From positions 19,530,001-19,594,000 of the forward strand of contig OZ281500.1 of assembly GCA_965637545.1 (NCBI GenBank): DNA of 64,000 bases. Reading direction: 5' to 3'. Positions within the stretch are counted from its first letter, which is position 1. Every line of letters begins with the position of its first letter. The notes under the pieces are model-generated. The model did not search any database, was not told the origin of the DNA, and saw only the letters and a list, made by a program, of their open reading frames with translations. Below, in pieces: positions 35,919 through 47,826 of the stretch. Origin of the DNA: Phallusia mammillata. Lineage: Eukaryota. The position numbers and the translations under genes are program-made.

Positions 35919-37554
35919 GATGGCTTTTTATTATCAATGTCACTGCTCAGTGCTTCTCTAGGCTGTAATCCGCCCTTCTGAGGGTTTGACTTGAATCCAT
36001 GTAGACCAAGAGATGGTGCAGCACGTATTTAAAGCCATGCGCACGCTTGCTTGGCGGCGCATGATTGCCGAAATGACGCCAAAAGTTTTTTTGATATCGT
36101 TTTCAATTTCGTAACTGCTAAGCTTCCTTATCCACTTTAACGATAAAACGTTAAAGCTAGTATTCTTCAATCTTTTTTCTTAGTTTTGTGTTTACTTGTA
36201 TAGGCCTAATGGAAAAGGCTGCTCTTCGTAGGCATTGTGCCAAATATACAGTGCTTTTGGTAGACATTACTAAAAGTTTATTGGCTTTTTTGGATGGAAT
36301 GTGAAGTTTGGACCGTGTGGTTGGATAATTTTTGTTTTTGCGTCATTAGGCTCTCCCACTAATAGCAACACGATGATGTTGGCAAACCAATACAATGTTG
36401 GAAATTACTTTAACAATACACTGTTCTAAATGCAAATTTACACAAACAGCGTGTTGCATGCAGGCGTATAAAGTATGTGCACGAATTGGCAATGTTCTTT
36501 GGTCGCTTTGCATTTGCGTGATGGTTGTAATTATGCAGTTTGACATAAAAAATCAGTCAATTAGTCAGATCAATTAAACAGTAAAGTATGTCGTTTGATC
36601 CCGAAGCAGTCACCTTGCTTATTTGCAAGCGAGCGACGATATTTATGATACGTTTGATCTTATTACAGTGTATTTTTACTTAAAAGATTTTGTGTAAATA
36701 GTTATCTTCCTAAAACCAATTTGGTTAGCTTTTTTAGGTTTTCTTTGCAACGATCATGCGCTGTTGGTCAATGTGGCACTACTTTAGCCCCCGCGACTCA
36801 AAGACGCCTCTGAGTGTACATGAAACCTAGAACAGCCATAAAGCATATGTTTTTCAAATCCAAGTTTTACGTGCGACACCTTACATTACTAAATATTTCG
36901 TCGTTAAAAACAGTAGCCTGTCAAGAAAGTTTGATATTTTTTTAGCTCTCTGCGGCATGTAAATTAAAAGCCAAAAAAATAAAATGTGCCGCAAAACTAT
37001 TAAATCCCAGCTCCTGTTTAAAGCGTCGTGGAAAATTTTGTGATATAAATCATTATTCAGTGAGCGGTGCCGATCGTTGACATATGGTTCGTTAGTTTTG
37101 ACAGTTTTTTTAAGTTAAAATGCGCTCTTAATCTATATGAAGTTGTTGTTTTGTTGTTTTATACTATGGATTGCAAGCGTATACTGTGAATTTCTACTTT
37201 TAAATATGGTTAGCTAAATCTTTTTAAGTTTAACGCCTTAGGCTGCTGCAATTTTGTTGAAACAAAGCATAGGATAGATCTTCAATACATAGATTTTATT
37301 TGTTTGAAAAACACCGACATCAAATAATGGCTAATATGTTTTGGCAAGAGGCGATTTCTTTGTCTAATATAGATACATGTACGCAAAAAGAGGAAGGCAG
37401 CTCAGCTTGAGCATTCTCAACACCGCTTTAAAGAAAACACCGCGAAAAATGCACATAACTTAGAATAGGCTCTATGCTTTGGCGGCGAAAAAAGATGTAC
37501 ACCTCAAATATATTAGTGCGTTATGGTTGTAAATTGATTCCCTTGGTAAACGCT

Positions 37555-40500
37555 TTAACCGGCAAGTTCAGCCTCATCGTGCTCATGAGCGTCGAAGCAA
37601 GGGTCACCACAAATCTGTGTGGCAAGCTGGGACGAAAGCGATTCACCAAGATCGGCGAAACTTCCCTCAGCGATGAGAAGCCTGCTTGGGTCTCCGGCGA
37701 TTTCGTTCAACTGGTCTAAATCAAGGGCGCCTACTGGGGGTTCGATTCCAAGTGCGTATGTCTGCAAGAAAAATGCCCGTTAGTTCTGTGATATAATTGC
37801 TTATACTCTGTTTGAGAGGTATCTTACCAATGCACCATCGGCACGAAGTTGGTTTGAAATTGCTCCGACATCATCCTGAGAGCGACCGTCAGTGATAACC
37901 AGTACAACGTTCTTGACGCCGGGCCTGTCTCCATTTGCCTCTGTGAAGATTACGTCACGGGTGTAGTTGAGCGCCTGTCCAGTACGAGTACCTGTGTACA
38001 AAAATTGATGTTGTATTAACAATATAATGTATTTTTTAAATTTGAATTGTTTTTTCTGTGCTTACCGGATCCATCGTAAGGGATTTCACCAAATTTAGCA
38101 ATGAAGTCTTCAATGTTGTCGAAATCGTTTAGTAGAATCTGAGAGGCAGTGTCTACAGCCCTGTTGTATCTGTACACGGAAAGTCTAGCCGAATCCGGAG
38201 CAAGGATATATTTTCTGTGAAATAAAGCTATTTGTTAGATTGGTGTTGTAAACTGTTCCGATACTAAAAGGAATCAAATGATTGAGAAAAATAATTGTAA
38301 AAATCTTTTTTTTCAATTGGTTACTTTTCATGTAGACGTATTAGGTAACTTTTTATACTTTGTCTTTGCACTTACTCGAGGACGGTCCTGACGAAGTCTT
38401 GCATGATTGGCCAGTTATCAATTCCGATAGATGACGATGAATCCAGAATAAAGACGGCGTCCATCAAAGCATATGGAGGACAGTCTCCTGCAAACGAACA
38501 AATAAGGTTAACTCGGTTTGGTAATTTTTTGGAGCACAAACTGTGTCGCTTTATGCAACTATTACTTCAACGGAAGCGACATGTGCTTCAGGGATGATTG
38601 CAAGATAACTATAACTTACTTGCGCAGCATGGTTTGGGCACAGTCCATGCGGTATCGTTAAGGCAAATGTTCTGATCCCGGCCTGGTGGGTAGATTTCAT
38701 ATCCCTCTCCAGTGCACTCGAAAGTACATGTCGATGTGGCGAAATTGTCATTGCTGCATGAATAGTTTCCATGAAGGAGAGTTCCTTGGTCAGGGCATTC
38801 GTTGGCTGTTGCAATACAAGAAAAAATTTGCTGCAAATCATCCGACCAAACAACACCTTTTTTACTAACAACTTAAGTTTCGCGAATTTTATGTGGAAGG
38901 GAAAAAAACTTGGCAGCATCGAAAATCATGCATTCACTGTAATGTTTTTTATTTGTTCCAGTTTTATGGTTGTAATGTGTAAAAATAATATTTGGGTATT
39001 TATTTTATTACATTTACATGCCCTAATTGCTTACGTTGGCAAATTGGAGCTTCGTTGTCCCAGATGAGGTTTCCTTCATTTGGCTCAACACAATTGGTGT
39101 AAAGGGGTCCAACACGTGTGTGGAATGGATCGCAACCGAACTCGCACTCAGAACCAAGGAAGTTGCCGTCGGTACAAACACGGAAGCCATTTTCTGGTGC
39201 TGCTGGTGGAGTGCCACATGTTTTACCTGAAATTAGTGTAACATATGTTGTTTAGTTGAAATCCTTGCTCCTGTGTGAACCTAGGAAGACATGCACATGC
39301 TTAAGAGTTGCAAGAAATAGGATGTTCAAGTCGACAAACACTTGCTTGTCGACTCGCCAAGCGGTAGGAATATAGAAACAACGAGAAGGGAAAAGTACGT
39401 GGCTGCTATATCAAATATGATATAGAAACCTGTAAATAATAAATGTCAACAAGATTTGTTGCGTGCAGAAGTTCAGTATGATGAAACGCTAAAGATCCGA
39501 CGCAAACGTTTGCGTCGGTTATGTTTGCAAGATTCCGGCGTTTCGCCTGGGGAAAGAAAGCAAAGGAAAAGCCATGCGCTTTTCCCAAAGTCCTGTAATA
39601 AAAAATAAGCAAAGAAACATGCTTAAGTTGGAAAAGTTCATCCAACTTGCAAAGGTATTTGAAGAAAAATGTTATGCGTTTCATAACCAAAGCATATGGA
39701 TAATAGGCAAAGCTTAAAAAAGTCATTCCAAGAGGCAAGTGATTTGTTTTGGAGAAGAGCCCATCGTCTTACGTTCACAAGTAGCTGGCGGTTGGCTCCA
39801 AACTCCAAAAGTGTCGCCATTTCCGTCATCTAGGCAGATGGTAGAGGGGCTACCGCCGAGGGTATAGCCTTCATCGCAGGTAAACGTACACTGACTGTTT
39901 ATGCTATTGCCTGCATCGCAGGAAACCAAACCGTTGAGGGGATTGGTCTGCTCCGGCAAACAGACGATCGCTGCAGGAGAGCAATAATACTAAGTTTACT
40001 GGCCTGGTCGTTTGGTGAATGCACGAGCAGTGCAAACTTACGTTCACAGGTTGGCGAAGGATCGCTCCATACACCCAAGGCATCGCCGTTTCCGTCGTCT
40101 AAGCAAGTAACTACAGGTGCACCGACCCTCGCAAAGCCAGCGTCACAAGTGAATGTACAATCGGCATCAACAATGTTACCGTTGGGACAGTCAACCAAGC
40201 CGTTTGTGGGGTTGCTCAGTGGCGGGAGACACACAATCGCTATGTTAAACAATTGGGATTTAATATGACTATGAAAGTACCGGGGAATTGACTGGTCAAG
40301 ATAACCTACGTTCACAAACGGGGGCAGGGTCAGTCCAAACACCATTGGTGTCATCGTTGATATCATCTAAGCAAGTAATAGAGTCTGCACCAATCAAGGC
40401 GTAGCCAGGTTCACACTGGAATGTGCAAACGCTGGTAGCTAAGACTCCGAGACTACAATCCACTGTGCCGAATGTCGGGTCTTGTTGGATGGTGCATACA

Positions 40501-43500
40501 ACGGCTAAAAGAAGGAAACGATTTTTGAAACACGTTTCGACGAAATCGAACTGTGTAATTCAAAAAGAATTAGAGAAAACCTACGGGAGCAAGTGGGGGG
40601 AACGTCAGACCATGTTCCCACAGCATCACCATTGCCATCATCGTTACAGATAAGTTGCGGTGCGCCTTCGAGGAAGTAGTTGGCATCGCAAACGTAATTG
40701 CACGAACTGCCAACGGTGTTGTCCCCGCAAGTAACCGTGCCGAAGGGAATGTCCGATTGTGCAGGACAAAGGATAACTGTGCACAGATGTTGGCGATAAA
40801 CAAGGTGTCCAATCGTTTCGAAACATTATCGTTCTTCTTTGTGTTTTTATAGTAGAACGAGTAGGGCAATTTACTTACGCCTTCTTGCTTGTGTTCTCGA
40901 TAGATAGACCCACGGACAAGGACACCTAGTAAACTACTCTTTACAAAGCATGCAACACTACTCAAGAGATCTAATTGAACGTCGACATATTTGCCTCCAT
41001 AACTAAAATTGGCTACGGTACAGAGAGATCACATATGATGGTGTCGTCATGCCATGAAATACTTACGTTCGCAGGTTGGTGCTGGGGAGCTCCAGACACC
41101 CAAAGCATCACCGTTGCCATCGTCCAAGCAGGTAGAGCGGGGGACTCCTGACATACTGTAACCCTCGTCACATGTGAAGTCACAGTCGCTGGTCTCTCGG
41201 TCATCGTTGCTGCAGCTAACAGCGCCGTTGAGTGGGTCGGTGTGAGGAGGTTCGCAGACAATCGCTATAGTTTAAACCAAAAATGTAATTTGCTTGGGAT
41301 CTCGTAGGAAAAAGAAAATTATGACGAGAAATGCATCTATTAAGCGGGGACCTAAAAAAGACCTAAAGCAAGCGGAGACATCTTACGTTGGCAGATAGGG
41401 GCTGGTGCGGACCAAACACCCGCTGTATCACCATTTCCATCATCGAGACAGGTTGGTTCGGGTTCGCCAAGAAGAGCATAGGTTGGGTCACAAGTGAAAG
41501 TACATACACTGGTTGCGAAGTTGTCGTTCGAGCAGGACAAGATACCGTTTGCTGGAGCGGCCATTGGTGGCTCACAAGTGATTGCTGTGCGCGAAAGTTA
41601 ACAGTTAGGAGGTCCAATGTTTTTAAGGTACTAGAAGATTTTTAACACTAACGTTCGCATGTTGGTGCGGGTGTGGTCCATACGCCGAAAATGTCACCAT
41701 TTGCATCATCAACGCAAGTAGATACTGGTGCGCCGATAAGAGCATAGTTGACATCGCAAGTAAATGTGCAATCGCTTCCTTCGTTCATACCGTCACTGCA
41801 ATCGACTTGGCCGTTGGCGGGATTAGTGTGTGGTGGTGGGCAGGTAATACCTGTATAATCGGTTAAGTTTTACTTTTGATCTATTGGGACTTAATTCACG
41901 TTGGTTTGATGATTTGTCCTCTTGTTTAGAAGAATTTACAAAGTTCTAGTTGTCCCGAACTTTTTAAGATCTTTAAGTTTGTGGACATCCTTGTCATAAA
42001 ATATAAGCATGTTGTTCCTCGGTGCTGTTCGGTGAAAAATGATTACATTATATGGTTATTTCGAAAAATGATCACTTTTAAGTGACACTGTATGACCAGT
42101 GTTTGTTTAAACATAGGTTAGTGTTGTTAGGTGTGAAATATACATGGCATAGTTTTGGTCTTATGCTTAATAAAGACTTTGAGGCCAGTTAATTTGTCAC
42201 TTACGTTGGCAAGTGGGTGCGGGTGAAGACCAGATTCCGATTCCGTCGATGTTCAAGCACTCAGAAGTTGGGGTTCCGACGAGCGCGTAACCAGCATCAC
42301 ACACAAACTCGCATTCACTTCCCTGGTTGTTTTCATCGGAGCAGGTCACTCCACCATTGGTTGGGTCGGTGTGTGGTGGGTCGCAAACGTTACCTGTGGG
42401 GTATTGCATTCGTTTGAAAGGCATTCTATGCAGTTGAAATTGGTAACAGCACTTTTTGTTGTTTAAATGCAACTACAGTCTAACTAAGGTGCTTGAGTTT
42501 AGTTTATTTCGCTTGGTAAAATATGACATAGCTGTGCAACGTTATGGAGCGCAAAACAATGGTTGCACAACTGGTGGATCAATCATAGCTAAACGCGATG
42601 CTAAATAATACCGTACTTCACAGCTTAGTATCGTAGGTCTTTTCGACTATGAGTTTCAATCCGGAAACTAAACCATCATAGTTAACATTCAAAGAATTTG
42701 CGTTTACCTTTTAAATTAAAAGCGAAGCAACCTTAAAAAAATGATGTTACCCATTTGGATTAAGCTCGCAAATTGTTTGTGCTGCTTAAAAAACTAACAA
42801 ACGTTTACAATCGTCAAGATAAGCCTACACAAATCTTACGTCGGCAACTGGGTACATTGTTGGTCCAAACTCCTTGAGCATCATTGTCGTTGTCATCCAC
42901 GCATACACGGTTTGTGTCTCCGATAAGGGTGTATCCGGCATTACAGGTGAATCTGTTCAGAAAATACCAGTTTCATCCAATACATGCCCACCACAACAGA
43001 TAAAAATCCACCAGGATAAGTCGTTGAAACAAGTTATGTAGTCATTCTGTGACTACTGTTGCTGGGTCGAGGAATTACAGTTGTTTATTTGTATTTTGGG
43101 GCAAAGCATTCTGCACAGTAATAAACTTAAAAGTATGTATTTGAAAAAATTAAAGGTGCTGTTTTTCCTGGTCTAATGATCTCACTCATTAGTTACATAG
43201 AGTGACAAAGTTTAACATGTTAAATGAAGAGTAAGTAGTTACAAAACTTACGCGCAGTCGCTTCCCAAACGGTTTCCATTCGAGCAGCCGACGGCACCGT
43301 TTGTTGGTGGGGTCTGGGGTGGTGGGCAAGTGATTGGAGGACAGATTGGTGCACGGTTGTTCCATCTGTTGTCCTCTCCTAAAAAAATTCAAAGTTTGAT
43401 GAATTCACAAATCATTTGCCCATTTCAACACACAAAGAAGCTTCGTTTAAACTTTTACAAGAGTTCAAAGTTTTCACTTAGCCTACTCAGTAATCTACTT

Positions 43501-46500
43501 ACCGCAAGTGGTTGAGCTGCTTCCTTGCAAGAAGTATCCTGCATCACATGTGAATTCGCACACGCTTCCAACAGTGTTTCCGTTTGTACACGACACGCCT
43601 CCGTTGAATGGGGCAGCTTGTGGTGGTATACATCTGGTTGCTAAACGGAAAGTTCTTGTTATATCAACTAGCTTGTATTTAGGATACAGTCCATCTTTTT
43701 ATCGCTCGGTCTATTAGACTATCTGAGATGCTCTTTAACAGGCAAAGTGGGAAAAAGTTTACGTCTGATCTCGATTTAAACTGATGTCATGTTACTTGTA
43801 TTTCAAAACCACATTTTGTTTTTCAATCTATCCTTTGATTGCTCGAAGCTTAAAAATGTCTTTTGACGACGAATGTGTCGTTAAGCCTTATAAAATTGTG
43901 TGCATTGCCATATTGCGGAATCTATATCAAAATCTTACGTCTGCAAGTGGGCGCTGGTGAGCTCCAGGTTCCGACTTCATCGACAACACCGCAAGTGGAG
44001 ACGACTTCTCCGACCAATTCGTAGCCGGCGTTACATCTGAAAGTGCAGTCGCTTCCGTCGTTGTTGGAGTCGGTGCAGTCAACACGTCCGTTTGCGGGGT
44101 TGGTGTGGGCTGGGGTGCATCCTGCAGGACAAACAAATGGTTAAATTGTGGCAGAATTGTGATCTGTAAAGTGCTACAGAAAGGCTGAGCTGGTTAGACA
44201 GGATTTTGCACCGCCCATGTTACCAATGCTAATTGCTGTTCAAATTATATCGATCATTTGTATCAAACCCATTGTTGAGAAGCAGCTTGCCCTTGGGCAA
44301 AGCAGTTTTGTTCCCACACGTACCACGCCAAGTGTAATTACAGAGAGTCTGCTGAGCCCGGTGGTTGAAGAATTACCGAGCAGTAACCGGTGTGTTTCGT
44401 GATTATTGCTAATTTGACGTTTGCTGATTCATGAACCGCTCCTAGTCATTGCTTCTTGTACCGACTGAGCCCGTGAAGAGGCACCAATCAACTTTAACCG
44501 GCAATAACGAAACCCATGATATGTCTTAATTGACAGGCTGTGCCCCCGCGGCCCACAAGGCGTATTTCACACCTTTCCTGGCTATTAGCGAACTAGAGAA
44601 GGCACCAATGTTCGCTTCCTAATCGTAATGCCTAATAATAAAATCTTACTGGCTCCAAGGCATCCGAGCAGGGGCTTGTTGCACTCGTCGGTATTACAGC
44701 AACATCTGCATACGGAGTGGGGAATGTCCAAGTTGCATTGGCTTGGGAACCACGCAGGTCTGGGGTTCTGTAACAAAACTTCAATTGAAAAACACCTCCG
44801 TTTGATACAATGTAAAGTAAAAATTTGTCCGATGTTGCTTAAAAGAAGCAGAATGCCTTTACGTTGCACTCTTTAAATTTTGCTGTCTACGTTTGTATGT
44901 TGATGCTGGAATATTGAGTTTCAGTCTTCATTTACCTGGATAAAGTTGTTGTCGCATGCGTGTGCTTGTTTGCAACGTTTGGTGATTCTCAATCCTTGGT
45001 TGTCTGTTCGCACTTCGTTCTGACAAGCTTGCTGTTGATTTTAAAGTTTCATGATTAGTTTCTGAACACGATTTGCCTTATACCGTTCAACGTTATAGGT
45101 TCATGAAATTTCATGCTCATTTAGCGAAGATTAGCATGCAGCTAACTTTGCCACGCAGAGTAATAATAAGTATCGTCAAATGGCTGCAACTGGCAGCCAC
45201 AATAACAATGACGCTTTATTGACTTTATGCACGTTCAGCCTATAATTTAAGGCTATGCTGCTGATAAAAAAATGCCTAGCCTGAGGCCAGAGAAGCAAAA
45301 AGTCTTCTTTGTGTAATCTCTAACAATTAAGCGCATTTTGATGGCGACAAAATTATATTTTTGTAGTTACCTGATTGACTTGACATTGCTTTAGTCGACC
45401 ATTCTGCATACAAGCTTCGTTGCTTCTCTGATTTTCGCAAATCCAGCATTGAAGAGCTAAACAAAATATTCGTGTGATTATTTAGTTGTAAATGCCAAGC
45501 ATTTAGAGTGACGTTATGTTTTGTAAGCCCAAAATGCGTTCAGTATGATTTTCTTTGCCCACAGAATCAACGTTATTCCTAAGATTTCCGCTTATCCTAA
45601 AAATAGGATCATTTTTGCGTTTGCTTTGCCTATATGACGTATCGCAGACCTTCCCGATTACACCATCACAAAAATAAAACGCGATGCGCCGTGACCATAT
45701 TAATCCAATAACATCGCGCACTTCATCCTAGGGCTATTTGTTGTGTCTGCGTCATGTTTGTACGTAGAATCGTTCGCAGAAGCTAAGATGTTTGTGGAAG
45801 TAACGCAAGGGCTCGATTATGCTGCCGGCACAGTGTTGATTGGAAAGAAATGTCTATTTGAGTTTGTTTTAGAACAATTCTTCTTACCCATATCAGACAG
45901 CTCATTTTACTTAAGGTAAGTCAACGCTTTCTTATACTACACAGCCTGTACATGTAACAAACATTTATCTAATCCTATAATCAAGTTACAAAAATTAAAA
46001 AAGGGCCTTTGTATTACATGCGAGATACGTGATGTTCATATTTTTTGTTGAATAGCTTTCGTTTTCGGTTTGTAATGCGCTTAGGCGTATAATTTAAATT
46101 GCTCCAGGTGCTTTTCATGCCTGGTTGTCTGTACGTCGCGTTTGGTTTCAATTACGTTGAAGTCGACGTTTTCGAGTGACAAAAAAAATTATAAGACAGA
46201 CATTCGTATTCCCTGGTTAAATATTTCGACTATTTATGATTCTGCGCTTTGCGATTCCCACGTTTAAAATACCGGACATGTTACGTTAACCTCCGTCTTC
46301 GGCTGTATTTATCGTAACATTTTTACGCTTTATAATTAAAATTGTTTTGCCAAAAATTTAAAGATCAAAGACGAAAAAATGGTTTAGGCTTAACATCGAT
46401 ATATATAATAAACATTTTACCAAATCTAAAACAAAACTTTAAAAAATGGGCAAAAAATCTACTCAAATCTTTAAAAAAAAATAAAAAAAAACGTAAACTG

Positions 46501-46560
46501 CATACCTGATGTTGAAAGAACAAGTGAGGTAAAGACGGCGACAACACTGTAGAACTTCAT
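37555..46560 (-). CDS. Secreted Ly6/uPAR-like - 13xCCP(sushi) - vWA protein, ~1163 aa (long paralog)
   Basis: 22 exons (minus): 46560-46506 (signal peptide [19 protein letters not shown]), 45456-45371, 45031-44936, 44767-44650, 44121-43939, 43640-43503, 43378-43252, 42952-42840, 42393-42205, 41850-41653, 41584-41387, 41264-41067, 40776-40585, 40504-40310, 40239-40042, 39970-39773, 39226-39035, 38805-38620, 38487-38376, 38214-38066, 37991-37828, 37761-37555; total 3492 nt. CCP consensus C..P.NG...C..C.F.CD.GY.L.G....C..W..P.P.C; vWA ILDSSSS, TRTGQAL, VITDG. Confidence 0.9.
42495..42620 (-). repeat. Dispersed SINE-like repeat, partial copy 3
   Basis: gagtttagtttatttcgcttggtaaa...aacgttatggagcgcaaaa is the reverse complement of the 3' part of 5967-6250. 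Confidence 0.6.
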
Positions 46561-46621
46561 CTTGAAGCTGAATATCCCAAGTCTGTTCAGCAAGTGATGA
46601 TTACCCCTACTTTGCTGCTCG

Positions 46622-46825
46622 CTTATATACTATAAGACGGAGGCGTATCATCCAATAGGGGATCACCATACTCCCGCCAGACCGGTCGCCTTTTTTCCGT
46701 CTTCTCTGACCTGGTCAACCAGTTTTTGCCTGCGCCCGGCAATGTCACGTGATTCGCTCTTGTCAGACGTTTAATTAAGTTTGTCGGCGAATGAGATCGA
46801 TCGAATGCGGATTAATAATCACGTG
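46622..46825 (-). promoter_or_regulatory. Putative promoter of the long LU-CCP-vWA gene
   Basis: TATATAAG (minus, 46622-46629) ~60 bp upstream of the ATG; two TCACGTGA E-boxes (cores 46746-46751, 46820-46825); locally CpG-rich. Confidence 0.5.
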
Positions 46826-47707
46826 ATCGCTTTGGCCTTTTTGCTGTCACCTGGAGGGCGACCAGGATAAACACTGGCTTCGACTAACGCAACATGCTCA
46901 AGCTACCAGAACTTGACAAGGCTTTATGAGCTAATATAATTTATTTAGAAACATTGTTTAAACAAAGTTTACAAACATATGTTGAGTAATCTTTTGCAAA
47001 TTCTGCACTAAATTTTGGTTGAAAAAATAATTGTAACTTATATCGAAAATCGCGTCTTAGATTTCCCGCGTGGCCTGTGTTAAATCTTGGCACTGGTTTT
47101 GTGGCTTTTTGGATTATCTGAAAGTGGCTCCTTCGCAATGGAGTCTCTTTTTCAGGACAAGTGGCGAAAATTTTACGTCTAATCCCGATTTAACCTGATG
47201 TCATGTTACTTGTATTTCGAAACCACAGAACTAGTTGATGTTCTTGTTTTTCGGCCTGTTACTGGAAAACGGATTAATTTGCATTTTGTTTTGTTTTTTC
47301 GTTTCACTGACCTGAAATCTTGAGGTCGTTCTAGTTGTAGCGATTAGCGGGAGACCGATGGCACATTTGCATTTCGTGTTGTGTTACAGGATACATCGTC
47401 GGGATTACCCAATTTTTTTATTACGGATGATAAAATACTTGCGTTTATCAAAATATTTCAAAATCTTGCCTAACCCTTGTCTACACATAATTATGTATAT
47501 AATATATAAAATTATAATATGTTAAACTTTAGTTAAGTATATTTTCAGTAATACACAATCAGTCTGTGTTTTTCGTTGTGCGATGTAACATATAAAGATC
47601 GATTTCGACGATGATTGGCATCCTTAATTATTATTCGAATAGAATAATATAACATTTTCTTGTTGTTTGCAACCTAGTTACTCAGAATATTATCGTTGAA
47701 TGCTTTT

Positions 47708-47826
47708 AGAATAGATGTCTCCGTGATGATGGCATGAGCATTGGTCGAAACGTCTGAACAATAAAGCATGTCGCTTTTTTGCGTCTATTTTGGCCGTTGT
47801 GTTTCTCTATGAACTTAAGAATAGAT
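47708..47826 (+). mobile_element. Truncated Penelope-like pLTR relic with a degenerate minimal hammerhead
   Basis: 9-bp direct repeat AGAATAGAT (47708-47716, 47818-47826) flanking GTGATGATGGC...GTCGAAACGTC followed by AATAAA. Confidence 0.6.

Noticed and set aside
37555-37590. ER-retention signal in the C-terminus [10 protein letters not shown]
   Set aside because: Not a terminal KDEL/HDEL
31377-46560. Calling these genes complement factor B/C2, selectin or SVEP1
   Set aside because: No serine protease, C-type lectin, EGF, pentraxin or TM domain; the vWA is C-terminal and followed by a stop
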